Source: Pristiophorus japonicus (taxonomy: Eukaryota). From it: 64,000 bases of DNA. Each line of letters starts with the position of its first letter. Position 1 is the first letter of the stretch. The DNA lies in assembly GCF_044704955.1 (NCBI RefSeq), contig NC_091977.1, positions 124,062,001-124,126,000 of the forward strand. The letters run 5' to 3'. Positions 25,123 to 39,669 of this stretch are shown in pieces. The notes under the pieces were generated by a model. It was not told the DNA's origin and searched no databases. It was given only the letters and a program-made list of their open reading frames with translations. The translations under genes and the position numbers were made by a program.

Positions 25123-26867
25123 ATACAAAAAAGGAGATTAAAATATTTAGGGGCCGAAATTGCCACTGACGAAAAAGTGGCGCACTCACTGGTTTTGCAG
25201 TTATTTCCCCGCCCCAATCCATGGGGCGGAGACTCGAGCGACATTTAGCTATTTGTTTATTTTTTTCGGTTGGGGCGGTGTTCCGGTTGGCTGTGGGGCG
25301 GATGTGCCCTTGCATCGGAACGGCCGTTGCTCTGAGTCATCAGCGCCGACTGATAAAGTCAGCGCGTCAGGGATGACATCAACTTGACTCGAATGTGCTG
25401 CATTGCGCTAACGCGACACAATGTCGCTCCCCTTCATTTAAAGGGGTGGGCCATTGCGAACTCTGCATGGGGTTTAGTTAGGTCCACTGGGCCACCAGGT
25501 AGGGTTTCGGCCAGCCAATGGCCTGGTACCGAAGAGGGGGTGCCGGGCTGTCTGTTGGTGGTCTGGCTGAACCCGTGGCCACCACTGTCAGGCTGACCTC
25601 GGAGTCAGTCGACAATTAAAATAAGATGGTGACCGCAGCAGTGACCCTTCCCCTTTAAGGCGGACACACTGCCCGCTGGGGAAAACTGTCAGTGGCACCA
25701 ATTGGCTGCCGCTCCAATCACACGGGGCAATTTCCCATGGGACAATTTCCCAAAGGGCGATTTCCTGCGGGAGCGGTAAGCGGGTTGGCGCCGGTTGGAA
25801 TGGGGTTGGCGCGTGCCCGACGAGCAGCAACATGGGCTGCACGGAAACCCGCTCCCGCTGCTCCTGGCCCGAGGGCAATATAAGAACATAAGAACATAAG
25901 AAATAGGGACAGGTGTAGGCCATACAGCCCCTCGAGCCTGCTCCGCCATTCAATAAGATCATGGCTGATCTGATCTGGACTCAGCTCTACTTCCCTGCTC
26001 GCGCCCCATAGCCCTGTATCCTCTTATCGTTTAAGAAACTGTCTATTTCTGTCTTATATTTATTCAATGTCCCAGCATCCACAGCTCGGTGAGGCAGCGA
26101 ATTCCACATATTTACAACCCTCTGGGAGAAGAAATTTCTCCTCATCTCAGTTTTAAATGGGCGGCCCTTTATTCTAAGATCATGCCCTCTAGTTCTAGTC
26201 TCCCCCATCAGTGGAAACATCCTCTCTGCATCCACCTTGTCAAGTCTCCTCATAATCTTATATGTTTCAATAAGATCACCTGTCATTCTTCTGAATTTCA
26301 ATGAGTAGAGGCCCAACCTACTCAACCTTTCCTCCCAAGTCAACCCCCTCTTCTCCAGAATCAACCTAGTGAACATCCTCTGAACTGCTTCCAAAGCAAG
26401 TATATCCTTTCGTAAATATGGAAACCAAACCTGCATGCACCGGTATCCTGTATAGCTGTAGCAAGGCTTCCCTGCTTTTATACTCCTTCCCCTTGGCAAT
26501 AAACGCCAAGATTCGATTGGCCTTCCTGATCACTTGCTGTACCTGCATACTAACCTTTTGTATTTCATGCACAAGTGCCCCCAGGTCCCGCTGTACTGCA
26601 GCACTTTGCAATCTTTCTCCATTTAAATAATAACTTGCTCTTTGATTTTTTTCTGCCGAAGCACATGACCTCACACTTTGCAACATTATACTCCATCTGC
26701 CAAGTTTTTGTCCACTCGCTTAGCCTGTCTATGTCCTTTTGCAGAATTTTTGTGTCCTCCTCACACATTGTTTTTCCTCCCATCTTTGTATCATCGGCAA
26801 ACTTGGCTACGTTACATTTAGTCCCTTCTTACAAGTCGTTAATATAGATTGTAAATAGTTGGGGTCT

Positions 26868-27896
26868 GTGGGGTACCGCAAGGTTCTGTGCTGGGGCCCC
26901 AGCTGTTTACATTGTACATTAATGATTTAGACGAGGGGATTAAATGTAGTATCTCCAAATTTGCGGATGACACTAAGTTGGGTGACAGTGTGAGCTGCGA
27001 GGAGGATGCTATGAGGCTGCAGAGTGACTTGGATAGGTTAGGTGAGTGGGCAAATGCATGGCAGATGAAGTATAATGTGGATAAATGTGAGGTTATCCAC
27101 TTTGGTGGTAAAAACAGAGAGACAGACTATTATCTGAATGGTGACAGATTAGGAAAAGGGAAGGTGCAACGAGACCTGGGTGTCATGGTACATCAGTCAT
27201 TGAAGGTTGGCATGCAGGTACAGCAGGTGGTGAAGAAAGCAAATGGCATGTTGGCCTTCATAGCTAGGGGATTTGAGTACAGGGGCAGGGAGGTGTTGCT
27301 ACAGTTGTACAGGGCCTTGGTGAGGCCACACCTGGAGTATTGTGTACAATTTTGGTCTCCTAACTTGAGGAAGGACATTCTTGCTATTGAGGGAGTGCAG
27401 CGAAGATTCACCAGACTGATTCCCGGGATGGTGGGACTGACCTATCAAGAAAGACTGGATCAACTGGGCTTGTATTCACTGGAGTTCAGAAGAATAAGAG
27501 GGGACCTCATAGAAACATTTAAAATTCTGACGGGTTTAGACAGGTTAGATGCAGGAAGAATGTTCCCAATGTTGGGGAAGTCCAGAACCGGGGCCACAGT
27601 CTAAGGATAAGGGGTAAGCCATTTAGGACCGAGATGAGGAGAGACTTCTTCACCCAGAGAGTGGTGAACCTGTGGAATTCTCTGCTACAGAAAGTGGTTG
27701 GGGCCAATTCACTAAATATATTCAAAAGGGAGTTAGATGAAGTCCTTACGACTCGGGGGATCAAGGGGTATGGCGACAAAAGCAGGAATGGGGTACTGAA
27801 GTTTCATGTTCAGCCATGAACTCATTGAATGGCGGTGCAGGCTAGAAGGGCTGAATGGCCTGCTCCTGCACCTATTTTCTATGTTTCTATGTTTCT
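26868..27896 (+). mobile_element. CR1 LINE, 5'-truncated, nested
   Basis: ORF 26888-27604 FADD, octamer tail. Confidence 0.93.
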
Positions 27897-28187
27897 GTGT
27901 CCCAGCACTGATCCCTGCGGCACCCCACTAGTTACTGATTGCCGACCAGAGAATGAATCATTTAACCCAACTTTCTGTTTTCTGTTCATTAGCCAATCTT
28001 CTATCCATGTTAATATATTACCCCCAACCCCATGAACTGTTATCTTGTGCAGTAACCTTTTATGTGGCATCTTGTCAAATGCCTTCTGGAAGTCCAAATA
28101 CACCACATACAATGGTTGCTCTTTATCCACCCTGTTCATACATCCTCAAAGAATTTCAGTAAAGTTGTCAAATATGACTTCCCCTTC

Positions 28188-31100
28188 GAGCATCGAGGAG
28201 GTGCGTGGAGAGGCAGTCGGGACTTCGGCGAGAGGCATGGCTTGTGCAGATACAGGGTGAAGTCAAAAAAGAATTAGAAAGAAATCGAAAGGTGACGTCA
28301 CAGCCAAGGAGTTAAGTGATTAGCTGGTGATTGGTAAGTAGCTTTTCTTTTCTCTTTTCTCTATCAGTAAGTAACTTTTAGCACTGTTGTTGCCAATTTA
28401 AGTGTATCTCAGGGTTAAATCATGGCAGGAGAGCTCGGACACGTTTTATGCTCCTCCTGTACTATGTGGGAAATCAGGGACGCCGCCGGTGTCCCTGACG
28501 ACTACGTGTGTAGGAAGTTTATCTGCCTGCAGCTCCTGAAGAACCACGTTGCAGAACTGGAGCTGCGGGTAGATTCACTTTGAAGCATGCACGATGCTGA
28601 GAATGATGTGAATAGCACATTTAGTGAGTTGGTCTTACCGCAGGTAAAGGGTAGACAGCCAGATAGGGAATGGAACAGGAAGAGCAGTGCAAGGAAGGTA
28701 GTGCATGGATCCCCTGCGGTCATCCCCCTGCAAAACAGATACACCGCTTTGAGTACTGTTGAGGGGGATGACTGATCAGGGGGGAGCAGCAGCAGCCAAG
28801 TTCATGGTACCATGGCTGGCTCTGCTGCACAGAAGGGCAGGAAAAAGAGTGGGAGAGCGATAGTGATAGGGGATTCAATTGTAAGGGGAATAGATAGCCG
28901 TTTCTGCGGCCGCAACCGAGACTCCAGGATGGTATGTTACCTCCCTGGTGCAAGGGTCAAGGATGTCTCGGAGCGGGTGCAGGTCATTTGAAAAGGGAGG
29001 GTGAGCAGCCAGTTGTCGTGGTGCACATTGGTACCAACGATATAGGTAAAAAACGGGATGAGGTCCTACGAGATGAATTTCGGGAGCTAGGAGCTAAATT
29101 AAAAAGTAGGACCTCAAAAGTAGTAATCTCAGGATTGAGCGGTGGTGCAGCAGGGAGGGATTCAAATTCCTGGGGCATTGGAACCGGTTCTTGGGGAGGT
29201 GGGACCAGTACAAACTGGATGGTCTGCACCAGGGCAAGACCGGAACCAATGTCCGAGGGGGAGTGTTTGCAGGTGCTGTTGGGGAGGAGTTAAACTAATG
29301 TGGCAGGGGGATGGGAACCTATGCAGGGAGACAGAGGGAAATAAAATGGAGTCAAAAGCAAAAGTTAGAAAGGAGAATAATAAAATTGGAGGGCAGAGAA
29401 TCCTAAGGCAAAAAACAAAAAGGACCACATTACAACAAAATTCTAAAGGGGCAAAATGTGTTAAAAAGACAAGCCTGAAGGCTCTGTGCCTCAATGCGAG
29501 GAGTATTCGGAATAAGGTGGACGAATTAACTGCACAGATAGCAGTTAACGGGTATGATACAATTGGCATCACGGAGACATGGCTTCAGGGTGACCAAGGC
29601 TGGGAACTCAACATCCAAGGTTATTCAGCATTTAGGAAGGATAGACAGAAAGGAAAAGGAGGTGGGGTAGCATTGCTGGTTAAAGAGGAAATTAATGTAA
29701 TAGTAAGGAGGGACATTAGCCTGGATGATGTGGAATCGGTATGGGTGGAGCTGCGGAATTCCAAAGGGCAGAAAACACTAGTGGGAGTTGTGTACAGACC
29801 ACCAAACAGTAGTAGTTAGGTTGGGGACACACCAAACAAGAAATAAGGGTGGTGTGCAATAAAGGTACAGCAGTTATCTACATATTGATTGGGCTAACTA
29901 AATTGGTAGCACTGCGGTGGAGGAGGATTTCATGGAGTGAATTAGGAATGGTTTTTTCAACCAATATGTCGAGGAACCAACTAGAGGGCTGGCCATCCTA
30001 GACTGGGTGATGTGTAATGAGAAGGGTCTAATTAGCAATCTTCTTGTGCGAGGCCCCTAGGGGAAGAGTGATCATAATATGGTAGAATTCTTTATTAAGA
30101 TGGAGAGTGACACAGTTAATTCGGAAACTAGGGTTCTGAATGTAAGAAAAGGGAACTTCGATGGTATGAGGCGTGAGTTGGCGAGAATAGACTGGCAAAG
30201 GATACTTAAAGGGTTGACGTTGGATAAGCAATGGCAAACATTTAAAGATCACATAGATGAACTTCAGCAATTGTACATCCCTGTCTGGAGTAAAAATAAA
30301 ACGGGGAAGGTGGCTCAACCATGGCTAACAAAGAAAATTAAGTATAGTGTTAAAGCCAAAGAAGAGGCATATAATTTGGCTAGAAAAAGCAACAAACCTG
30401 AGGACTGGGAGAAATTTAGAATTCAACAGAGGAAGACTAAGGGTTTAATTAAGAGGGAGAAAATAGAGTATGAAAGGAAGCTTGCAGGGAGCATAAAAAC
30501 TGACTGCAAAAGCTTCTATAAATATGTGAAGAGAAAAAGATCAGTGAAGACAAACGTAGGTCCCTTGCAGTCGGATTCAGGTGAATTTATAATGGGAAAC
30601 AAAGAAATGGCAGACGAATTGAACAAATACTTTGGTTCTGTCTTCACGAAGGAAGACACAAATAACCTTCCGAATGTACTAGGGGACAGTAGGTCTAGTG
30701 AGAAGGAGGAACTGAAGGATATCCTTATCAGGCAGGAAATTGTGTTCGGGAAATTGATGGCACTGAAGGCCGATAAATCCCCGGGGCCTGATAGTCTGCA
30801 TCCCAGAGTATTAAGGAATTGGCCCTAGAAATAGTGGATGCATTGGTGATCATTTTCCAACAGTCTATTGACTTTGGATCAGTTCCTATGGACTGGAGGG
30901 TAGCTAATGTAATACCACTTTTTAAGAAGGAAAGGAGAGAGAAAATGGGTAATTATAGATCGGTTAGCCTGACATCAGTAGTGGGGAAAATGTTGGAATC
31001 AATCATTAAGGATGAAATAGCAGCGCATTTGGAAAGCAGTGACAGGATTGGACCAATTCAGCATGGATTTATGAAAGGGAAATCATACTTGACGAATCTT

Positions 31101-32362
31101 CTGGAATTTTTTGAGGATGTAACTTGTAGAGTGGACAAGGGAGAACCAGTGGATGTGGTGTATTTGGACTTTCAAAAGGCTTTTGACAAGGTCCTGCACA
31201 AGAGATTAGTGTGTACAGTCAAAGCGCATGGTATTAGGGGTAATGTACTGATGTGGATAGAGAACTGGTTGGCAGACAGGAAGCAGAGAGTCGGGATAAA
31301 CTGGTCCTTTTCAGAATGGCAGGCAGTGACTAGTGGAGTGCCGCAGGGTTCAGCGCTGGGACCTCAGCTCTTTACTTTATACATTAACGATTTAGATGAA
31401 GGAATTGAGTGTAATATCTCCAAGTTTGCGGATGACACTAAACTAGGTAGCGGTGTGAGCTGTGAGGAGGATGCTAAGAGGCTGCAGGGTGACTTGGACA
31501 GGTTAGGTCAGTGGGCAAATGCATGGCAGATGCAATATAATGTGGATAAATGTGAGGTTATCCATTTTTGGGGCAAAAACAGGATGGCAGAATATTATCT
31601 GGATGGCGACAGATTAAGAAAAGGGGAGGTGCAACGAGACCTGGGTGTCATGGAACTTCAGTCACTGAAAGTGGGCATGCAGGTACAGCAGACGGTGAAG
31701 AAGGCAAATGGTATGTTGGCCTTCATAGCTAGGAGATTTGAATATAGAAGGAGGGAGGTCTTACTGCAGTTGTACATGGCCTTGGTGAGGCATCACCTGG
31801 AATATTGTGTTCAGTTTTGGTCTCCTAATCTGAGGAAGGACGTTCTTGCTATTGAGAGAGTGCAGTGAATGTTTACCAGACTGATTCCAGGGATGGCTGG
31901 ACTGTCATATGAGGAGAGGCTGGATCAACTGGGCCTTTATTCACTGAAGTTTAGAAGGATGAGAGGGGATCTCATAGAAACGTATAAGATTCTGACAGGA
32001 CTGGACAGGTTCGATGCAGGAAGAATGTTCCTGATGTTGGGGAAGTCCAGGACCAGGGGACATAGTCTTAAGATAAGGGGTAGGCCATATAGGAGTGAGA
32101 TGAGGAGAAACTTCATCACTCAGAGAGTTGTTAACCTATGGAATTCCCTGCCGCAGAGAGTTGTTGATGCCAGTTCATTGGATATATCTAAGAGGGAGTT
32201 AGATATGGCCCTTACGGCTAAGGGGATCAAGGGGTTTGGAGAGAAATCAGTAAAGGGGTACTGAGGGAATGATCAGCCATGATCTTATTGAATGGCGGTG
32301 CGGGCACGAAGGGCCGAATGGCCTACTCCTGCACCTATTTTCTATGTTTCTATGTTTCTATG
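28188..32362 (+). mobile_element. Near full-length CR1 LINE (ORF1 zinc finger/SGNH esterase, ORF2 APE-RT), disrupted
   Basis: ORF1 from about 28422 with IGDSIVRG and HIGTNDI; ORF2 CLNARSI, ITETWL, SPGPD, FADD to 32264; tail. Confidence 0.95.
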
Positions 32363-32929
32363 GTTCATAAATCCATGCTGACTCTAATTCACCAAATGTT
32401 GCTCAACTAAATGTCCTGCTACTGCTTATTTAATAATGGACTCCAACTGGTCTATAGTTTCCTGCTTTTAGTCCGCCTCCTTTTTTAAATAGGACCATTA
32501 CATTTGCAGTTTTCCAATCTGCTGGGACCTCCCCAGAATCCAAGGAATTTTGGTAAATTTCAACTCATGCATCCACAATATCTATCGTTATATCTCTTAA
32601 GATCCTAGGATGCAAGCCATCAGGTCCAGGGGATTTATCTGCCACTAGTCCCATTATCTTTGTGATTGTGTTAAGTTTCTCCCCCCACATAGCTCCTTGA
32701 CTATCCACTGTTGGAATATTGTTAGTGTCCTCTACCGTAAAGACTGATACAAAATATTTGTTCAGAGTTTCTGCCATCTCCATGTTCCCCATTACTAATT
32801 CCCCGGTCTCATCCTCTAAGGGACCAACATTTACTTTAGCCAATCTTTCCTTTTTATATACCTATATAAATTCTTGCTTTCTTTTTTTATATTTTGTGCT
32901 AGTGTACATTTATAGTCTACCTTACCTTC

Positions 32930-35900
32930 TGTTATATATGTAAACTTGTATTTACTCTGTACAGCTACCAGAGGGTTCATCCACTGGAGTCTCAAGTAAT
33001 CCCATAATCCTTTGGGAGCACATGTATTTAAGGAGAGGTTGGAGAGGCACTCTGGAGACCTGCAATAAAAGACTAAGGTCACACTTTACTTTGAGCTCAC
33101 CATGTTCAGTCTGACTCTTTCTCTATACATAACAACTGGCGACGAGATACAGATAGCGAACTCAAAGATGCAGAGAACAGTGGGCATCCTGGTGAAATTC
33201 TCGGAGGGAGATGATTGGGAAACTTTTTTGGAGCGACTCGACCAATACTTCGTAGCCAACGAGCTAGATGTTGAAGAAAATGCTGCCAAACGAAGGGCGA
33301 TACTCCTCACCATCTGTGGGGCACCAACGTATGGCCTCATGAAAAATCTGCTTGCTCAAGCGAAACCCACAGAACAATTGTACGATGATTTGTGCACACT
33401 GGTCCGAGAGTATTTGAACCCAAAGGAAAGCGTTTTGATGGTGAGATACCGGTTCTACACCTACAAAAAGTCTGAAGGCCAGGAAGTGGCGAGTTATGTC
33501 ACCGAGCTTAGACACCTTGCAGGACATTGCGAATTTGAAGGACATTTGGAGCACATGCTCAGAGACTTTTTCTTACTTGGCATTGGACACGAAACCATAG
33601 TTCGCAAACTTTTGACTGTAGAAACCCCAACCTTGAGTAAGGCTATAGCGATAGCCCAGGCATTCATTGCCACCAGTGACAATACGAAGCAAATCTCTCA
33701 GCACACAAGTGCTGCTACAAGTACTGTGAACCAAGTGATGTTATTTTCAAATCTCAACATACAGGGCAGGTCACATATGCCTGCAGCTGCACCTCCGCAG
33801 ATGTCTCAGAGTCCACAATCAAGGATGATGAATGCAAGGCCATTAATACCTTGTTGATGCTGCGGGGGTGATCATCGTTTCCATTCATGTCGATTCAAAG
33901 AGTACATATACAAGGGCTGTGGAACAATGAGACACCTCCAACGTATGTGCAGGCGAGCTACAAATCCTGTTAAACCTGCAAACCACCATGTTGCAGAGGA
34001 GGACAGATCCACGGAGGTTCATGATGAACCAGAGCCTCAGACCGAGGAGGCAGAGGTACATGGGGTGCACACCTTTACCACGAATTGTCCCCCAGTAATG
34101 CTGAATGTTGAACTAAATGGACTTCCGGTGTCAATGAAGTTGAACACGGGCACGAGCCAGTCCATCATGGGCAAAAAGACTTTTGAGAAATTGTGGTGCA
34201 GCAAGGCCTCAAGGCTATTCTTAACTCCAATTCGCACGAAACTAAGAATTACACAAAGGAATTGATTCCTGTAATTGGCAGTGCTACCGTAAAGATCTCC
34301 TAAGATGGAGCAGTGCACAAGCTACCACTCTGGGTGGTACCGGGCGATGGTCCCATGCTGCACGGTAGGAGCTGGCTGGGAAAGATACACTGGAACTGGG
34401 ACAATGTCCAAGCGCTATCGCCCACTGACGACACTTCGTGCGCCCAGGTCTTAACCAAGTTCCCTTCGCTGTTCGAACCAGGCATCGGGAAATTCCAAGG
34501 AGCAAAAGTGCAGATCCACCTAATTCCGGGGGCGCGACCCATCCATCACCAGGCGACAACAGTATCGTGCATGATGAGAGAAAGGATAGAGATCGAACTA
34601 GACCAGTTGCAAAGAGAGGGCATCATCTCACTGATCGAGTTCAATTAGTGGGCCAGTCCTATCATCCCAGTCCTCAAGGGAGATGGCACTGTCAGAATCT
34701 GTGGCGATTACAAAGTAACTATCAATCGTTTCTCCCTGCAGGATCAATACCCACTACCAAAGGCCGACGACCTCTTTGCAACGCTGACGGGAGGAAAGAC
34801 GTTCACAAAGCTGGATTTGACTTCAACCTACGTGACGCAGGAACTGGAGGAATCATCAAAGGGCCTCACCTGTATCAACACGCACAAAGGTCTTTTCATT
34901 TATAACAGATGCCCGTTTGGAATTCAATCAGTGGCGGCGATATTCCAGAGAAACATGGAGCTTACTGAATTCGGACCCATATACCGTGGTCTTCCAGGAC
35001 GACATCTTGGTTATAGGTTGGGACACAATCGAGCATCTGCAGAACCTGGAGGAGGTTCTTAATCGACTCAACCACGTTGGGCTCAGGTTAAAACGCTCGA
35101 AGTGCGTTTTCCTGGCACCTGAAGTGGAGTTCCTGGGGAGGAGGACCGCAGCGGACGGCATCAGGCCCACCAATTCAAAGACACAGGCAATCGAGAATGC
35201 ACAGAGGCCACAGAACATGACAGAGCTGCGGCCGTTTCTAGGACTCCAGAACTACTTTGGTAACTTCTTACCAGGTCTCAGCACACTGTTGGAACCACTG
35301 CACGTCTTGCTGCATAAAGTGGACGAATGGGCATGGGACAAAAGCCAAGAAAATTCCTTTGTAAAAGCTAGAAAATTGTTATGCTCAAACAAATTGCTTG
35401 TGTTGTATGATCCACGTAAGCGTTTGGTACTAGCATGTGATGCGCCATCATATGGCATCGGATGTGTATTGCAACAAACTAATGATTTTGGGAAATTGCA
35501 ACCGGTTGCTTATGCATCCAGGAGTCTGTCTAAGGCTGAGAGAGTCTACAGCATGATTGTAAAAGAAGCGTTAGCATGTGTCTATGGGGTAAAGAAAATG
35601 CATCAATATCTGTTTGGGTTAAAATTCGAATTGGAAACTGAACATACGCCACTTATATACCTGTTTTCCGAGCATAAGGGGATCAATGCTCATATCCAGA
35701 GATGGGCTCTCACGTTGTCCGCATACAACTACGCCATCCGCCACAGGTCAGGCACAGAAAACTGCGCCGATGCTCTCAGTAGGCTGCCATTGCCCACCAC
35801 GGGGATGGAAATGGCGCAGCCCGCACAACTAGCCAAGGTTTTGGAAGCATTTGAGAGTGAGCAATCACCCGTCACTGCCCAGCAGATCAAAACCTGGATG

Positions 35901-37481
35901 AGCCAGGACCCCTTATTGTCCCGAGTCAAAAACTGTGTACTTCACAGGAGCTGGTCCAGTGTCCCATTAGAAATGCAGGAAGAATTAAAGCCGTTTCAGT
36001 GGTGCAAAGAAGAAATGTCTATACAGTCAGACTGCCTTCTGTGGGACAATTGAATAGTGGTTCCCAAGAAGGGCAGAGACACCTTCATCAGTGATCTCCA
36101 CAGTACCCACCCAGGCATTGTAATGATGAAAGCAATAGCCAGATCCCACGTGTGGTGGCCCGGTATCGATGCGGACTTAGAGTCCAGCGTGCACAGATGT
36201 AATACATGCTCGCAGTTAAGCAATGCACCCTGGGAGGCGCCGCTAAGTTTATGGTCTTGGCCCTCCAAACCGTGGTCTGGGGTACATGTTGACAATGCAG
36301 GACTGTTCTTGGGCAAAATGTTCCTTGTGGTTGTAGATTCGTACTCCAAATGGATTGAATGTGATATAATGTCGGCTAGCATGTTCGCTGCCACTACTGA
36401 AAGCCTGCGGGCCATGTTTGCCACACACGGCCTACCCGATGACCTGGTGACCGACAACGGGCCATGTTTTACCAGTGCTAAGTTCAAAGAATTCATGACA
36501 CACAACGGGATCAAGCATGTCACATCTGCCCCGTTTAAACCAGCATCCAATGGTCAGGCAGAGAGAGCAGTGCAAACCATCAAGCAGGGCTTGACGAGGG
36601 TAACGGAAGGCACACTGCAGACTCGCCTACACTGAGCCCTGCTTAGCCACTGCACAAGACCCCATTCGCTCACTGGGATCCCACCTGCTGAACTTCTCAT
36701 GAAAAGAGCACTTAAGACAAGGCTCACATTAGTTCACCCTGATCTACATGAACAGGTAGAGACGGCTTCAACAAAGTACATACCATGATAGCGCAAATGT
36801 GTCACACGAGATTGAAATCAATGATTCTGTATTTGTACTGAATTATGGACAAGGTCCCAAGTGGCTTCCTGGCACTATCATGGCCAAAGAGGGAAGGAGG
36901 GTGTTTCGGGTCAAACTTTCAAATGGACTCATTCACCGGAAACACTTGGACCAAATCAAACTCAGATTCACGGACTACCCTGAGCAATCCACTTTGGACC
37001 CTACCTTCTTTGACCCCCCCAACATACACACCAGATGTAACCGGCACTGCAGTTGGCCACAAAGCAAAACCCATCATCCACAGCAGCCCAGCAGGACCCA
37101 CCACACCAGGCAGCCCAGCAAGGCCAGCTGCACACCAGCCAAGCGAGGGCCCAACAGTTGATTCACCAATACCAGCTTTCACACCGAGACGATCAACCAG
37201 GGCAAGAATGGCCTTAGATCGACTCACCTTGTAAATAGTTACATTGTTGACTTTGGGGGAGGGGAGTGTTGTTATATATGTAAACTTGCATTTACTCTGT
37301 ACAGCCACCAGAGTGCTCATCCCCTGGAGTCCCAAGGGGTCCCATAATCCTTTGGGAGCACAGATATTTAAGGAGGCCTCACAGGTTGGAGAGGCACTGT
37401 GGAGACCTGCAATAAAAGACAAAGGTCACACTTTACTTTGAGCTCATAGTGTTCAGTCTCACTCTTTCTCCATACACTACA
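32930..37481 (+). mobile_element. Ty3/Gypsy (Mag-like) LTR retrotransposon, full length, uninterrupted but decayed
   Basis: LTRs 32930-33134 and 37270-37481, TSD CCTTC/CCTTT, PBS TGGCGACGAG 33137, PPT, gag-pro-RT-RH-IN with stops. Confidence 0.95.
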
Positions 37482-38744
37482 CCTTTCTTAATCATTTGCT
37501 AGTCATTCTTTGCTGGCTTTTAAAAGCTTCCCAATCTTCTGTTTTGGCCTCTCTGTATGCCCTTGTTTTTAATTGGATAATATCCTTTATTTCTTTAATT
37601 AGCCACGGATGGCTATCTTTTCTCTTACACCCTTTCGTCCTCACTGGAATATATTTTTCTTGAGAGTTGTGAAATATCTCCTTAAATGTACCCCACTGTT
37701 CATCAACCATCCTATACTTTAATCTATTTTTCCAGTCCACTTTAGCCAACTTTGTCCTCATACCTTCATCGTCTCCTTTATTTAAGCTTAGAATGCTGGT
37801 TAGAGATCCAACTTTCTCACACTCCATCTGAATTTGAAATTCAATTATGCTATGATCACTCATTCCAAGGGGATCCTTTACTAGGAGATTGTTTATTAAT
37901 CCTGTCTCATTACACAGGACCAGATCTAAGATAGCCTGCCCCTGGTTGGTTCCTTACATACTGCTCAAGGAACCCGTCCCTTATGCACTCTATGAACTCC
38001 TCCTCAAGGCTCCTCTGACCAATTTGATTTGTCCAATCAATGTGGAGGTTAAAATCACCCATGATTATTGTTGTTCCTTTTTTACATGCCCCCACTATTT
38101 CCTGGTTTATGCTCTGACCAACAGAGTTGCTACTGTTAGGGGGTCTATAGACTACGCCCACCAGTGACTTTTTCCTCTTATTATTCCTTATCTTCACCCA
38201 AACTGTTTCAACATTCTGATCATTTGAGCCAATATCATTTCTCACTATTACAGTAATTCCATCCTTTAACAATAGAGCTACCCCACCTCCTTTTCCTTTC
38301 TGTCTGTCCTTCCGGATTGTCAAATACCCCTGAATATTTAATTCCCAGTCCTGGTCACCTTGCAACCACCTCTCTGTTATGGCTATCAGATCATACCCAT
38401 TTGCCTCAATTTGTGCCGTCAACTCATCTATTTTGTTAAAAATGCTACGTGCATTTGGACAAAGTGCCTTTAAATGTGTTCTTTTACCCTTTTTTCCTGC
38501 TTGTTTCCTCTCTCCTTTATTTATATAGGAAGGGTCAGCCCATCTGTCTGGCCCCAGTCAGTAAGGCCTATCCGCTCCACTACTAATGGAGATTAATTTT
38601 GGCCGCTAAATCTGTAAAAGATTGACCGGAAACATAAAATCAAAAAAAATTACAAACCTCTGCTTCTGATATAAAGCCTTGCTCACTTGAAGAATTGGAA
38701 TTGGAGGTCAACTTCCAACTTTCCAGAAAATAGCCTAAAATTCT

Positions 38745-39390
38745 CAATGGAATGGAAATCTGGGGATGCAGATGTTTAAAAGCAAGATTGCAGGTAGCTA
38801 TAGCCATAAAAATGATAAATGGAATTCTGCATTTTATATGCAAGAACATTGAATACATAAACAAGGAAGTTATTAATCTGTGTAAGATATTGGTAAAGCT
38901 ACAATGGAATATTATGTGCATTTCTAGGTATCTCATTATAGAAAGGATATTTGAGCCATGGAAAATGTGCAACATAGATTAATTGGCTGATACTAGGGAT
39001 GAAAGATCATAATTAAAATAAGAACAAACTGTATTCACCAAGGCAGAGCAGGAACTAATGGATGCATTCAAGGTTTTTGATAGGGTTTTGAATGGGTAAA
39101 TAGTGATCGATTATTTCCATTGTTGGATAAATGGTAACATAAATTCTGGATTAGTGCAGAATGGATGATGTTTAGAAGATTATTTTTATCAAGGAGTTAT
39201 TAGGCTATGTGATACGTTACTTCTAGTGAAGATGAGTTAGTTATGGTACTTGTACTTGAATAGGAATTAGATAAACACCTGAAGAGAAAAAATATTAAGG
39301 GCACAGGGGATTTGTGATAGGAGTAGATAGCTGTGTAGAACTAATACTGGCATAAGATTGACCTCATTCTCTGCTGAAAGTGATATTATT
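38745..39390 (+). mobile_element. Old CR1 3' remnant
   Basis: Degenerate QVAIAIKMINGILHFICKNIEY..LCKILVK, homologous to CR1 ORF2 end. Confidence 0.65.
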
Positions 39391-39669
39391 CTACAATAAA
39401 TGAACAGGAAAAATCTGGTGCAGACACTAGATGGCAGATTTTCCGACTACCGCTCTCAGCGGGCAGGTTTCTCCAGCAGGATTTTGAATTGATAAGATCA
39501 GCCCTTAGATTAACAAATTCCTTAAGTAACGGTGAGCCATTTTATATGAGGCTACAATTTCACAGTTGGATCATCAGCAGCATTAGTACATTGCCGTGAC
39601 ACAGTTGGCACTGCCAGCACAGAGATAGGACTCAACCGGGTTTTTCCATTATCCCTTAATTTAATACAG

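Larger units (their letters stand above)
25880..38520 (-). mobile_element. Host CR1 LINE split into four pieces (25880-26867, 27897-28187, 32363-32929, 37482-38520)
   Basis: Pieces are collinear from (TTCTTATG)n tail through RT to endonuclease (ITERWL, VYRPPNS, IIMGDFN). Confidence 0.9.
25150..38606. mobile_element. Harbinger-type MITE expanded to 13.5 kb by nested insertions
   Basis: GGGGCCGAAATT at 25150 and AATTTTGGCCGC ending 38606; flanks TTA/TAA (one mismatch). Confidence 0.5.
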
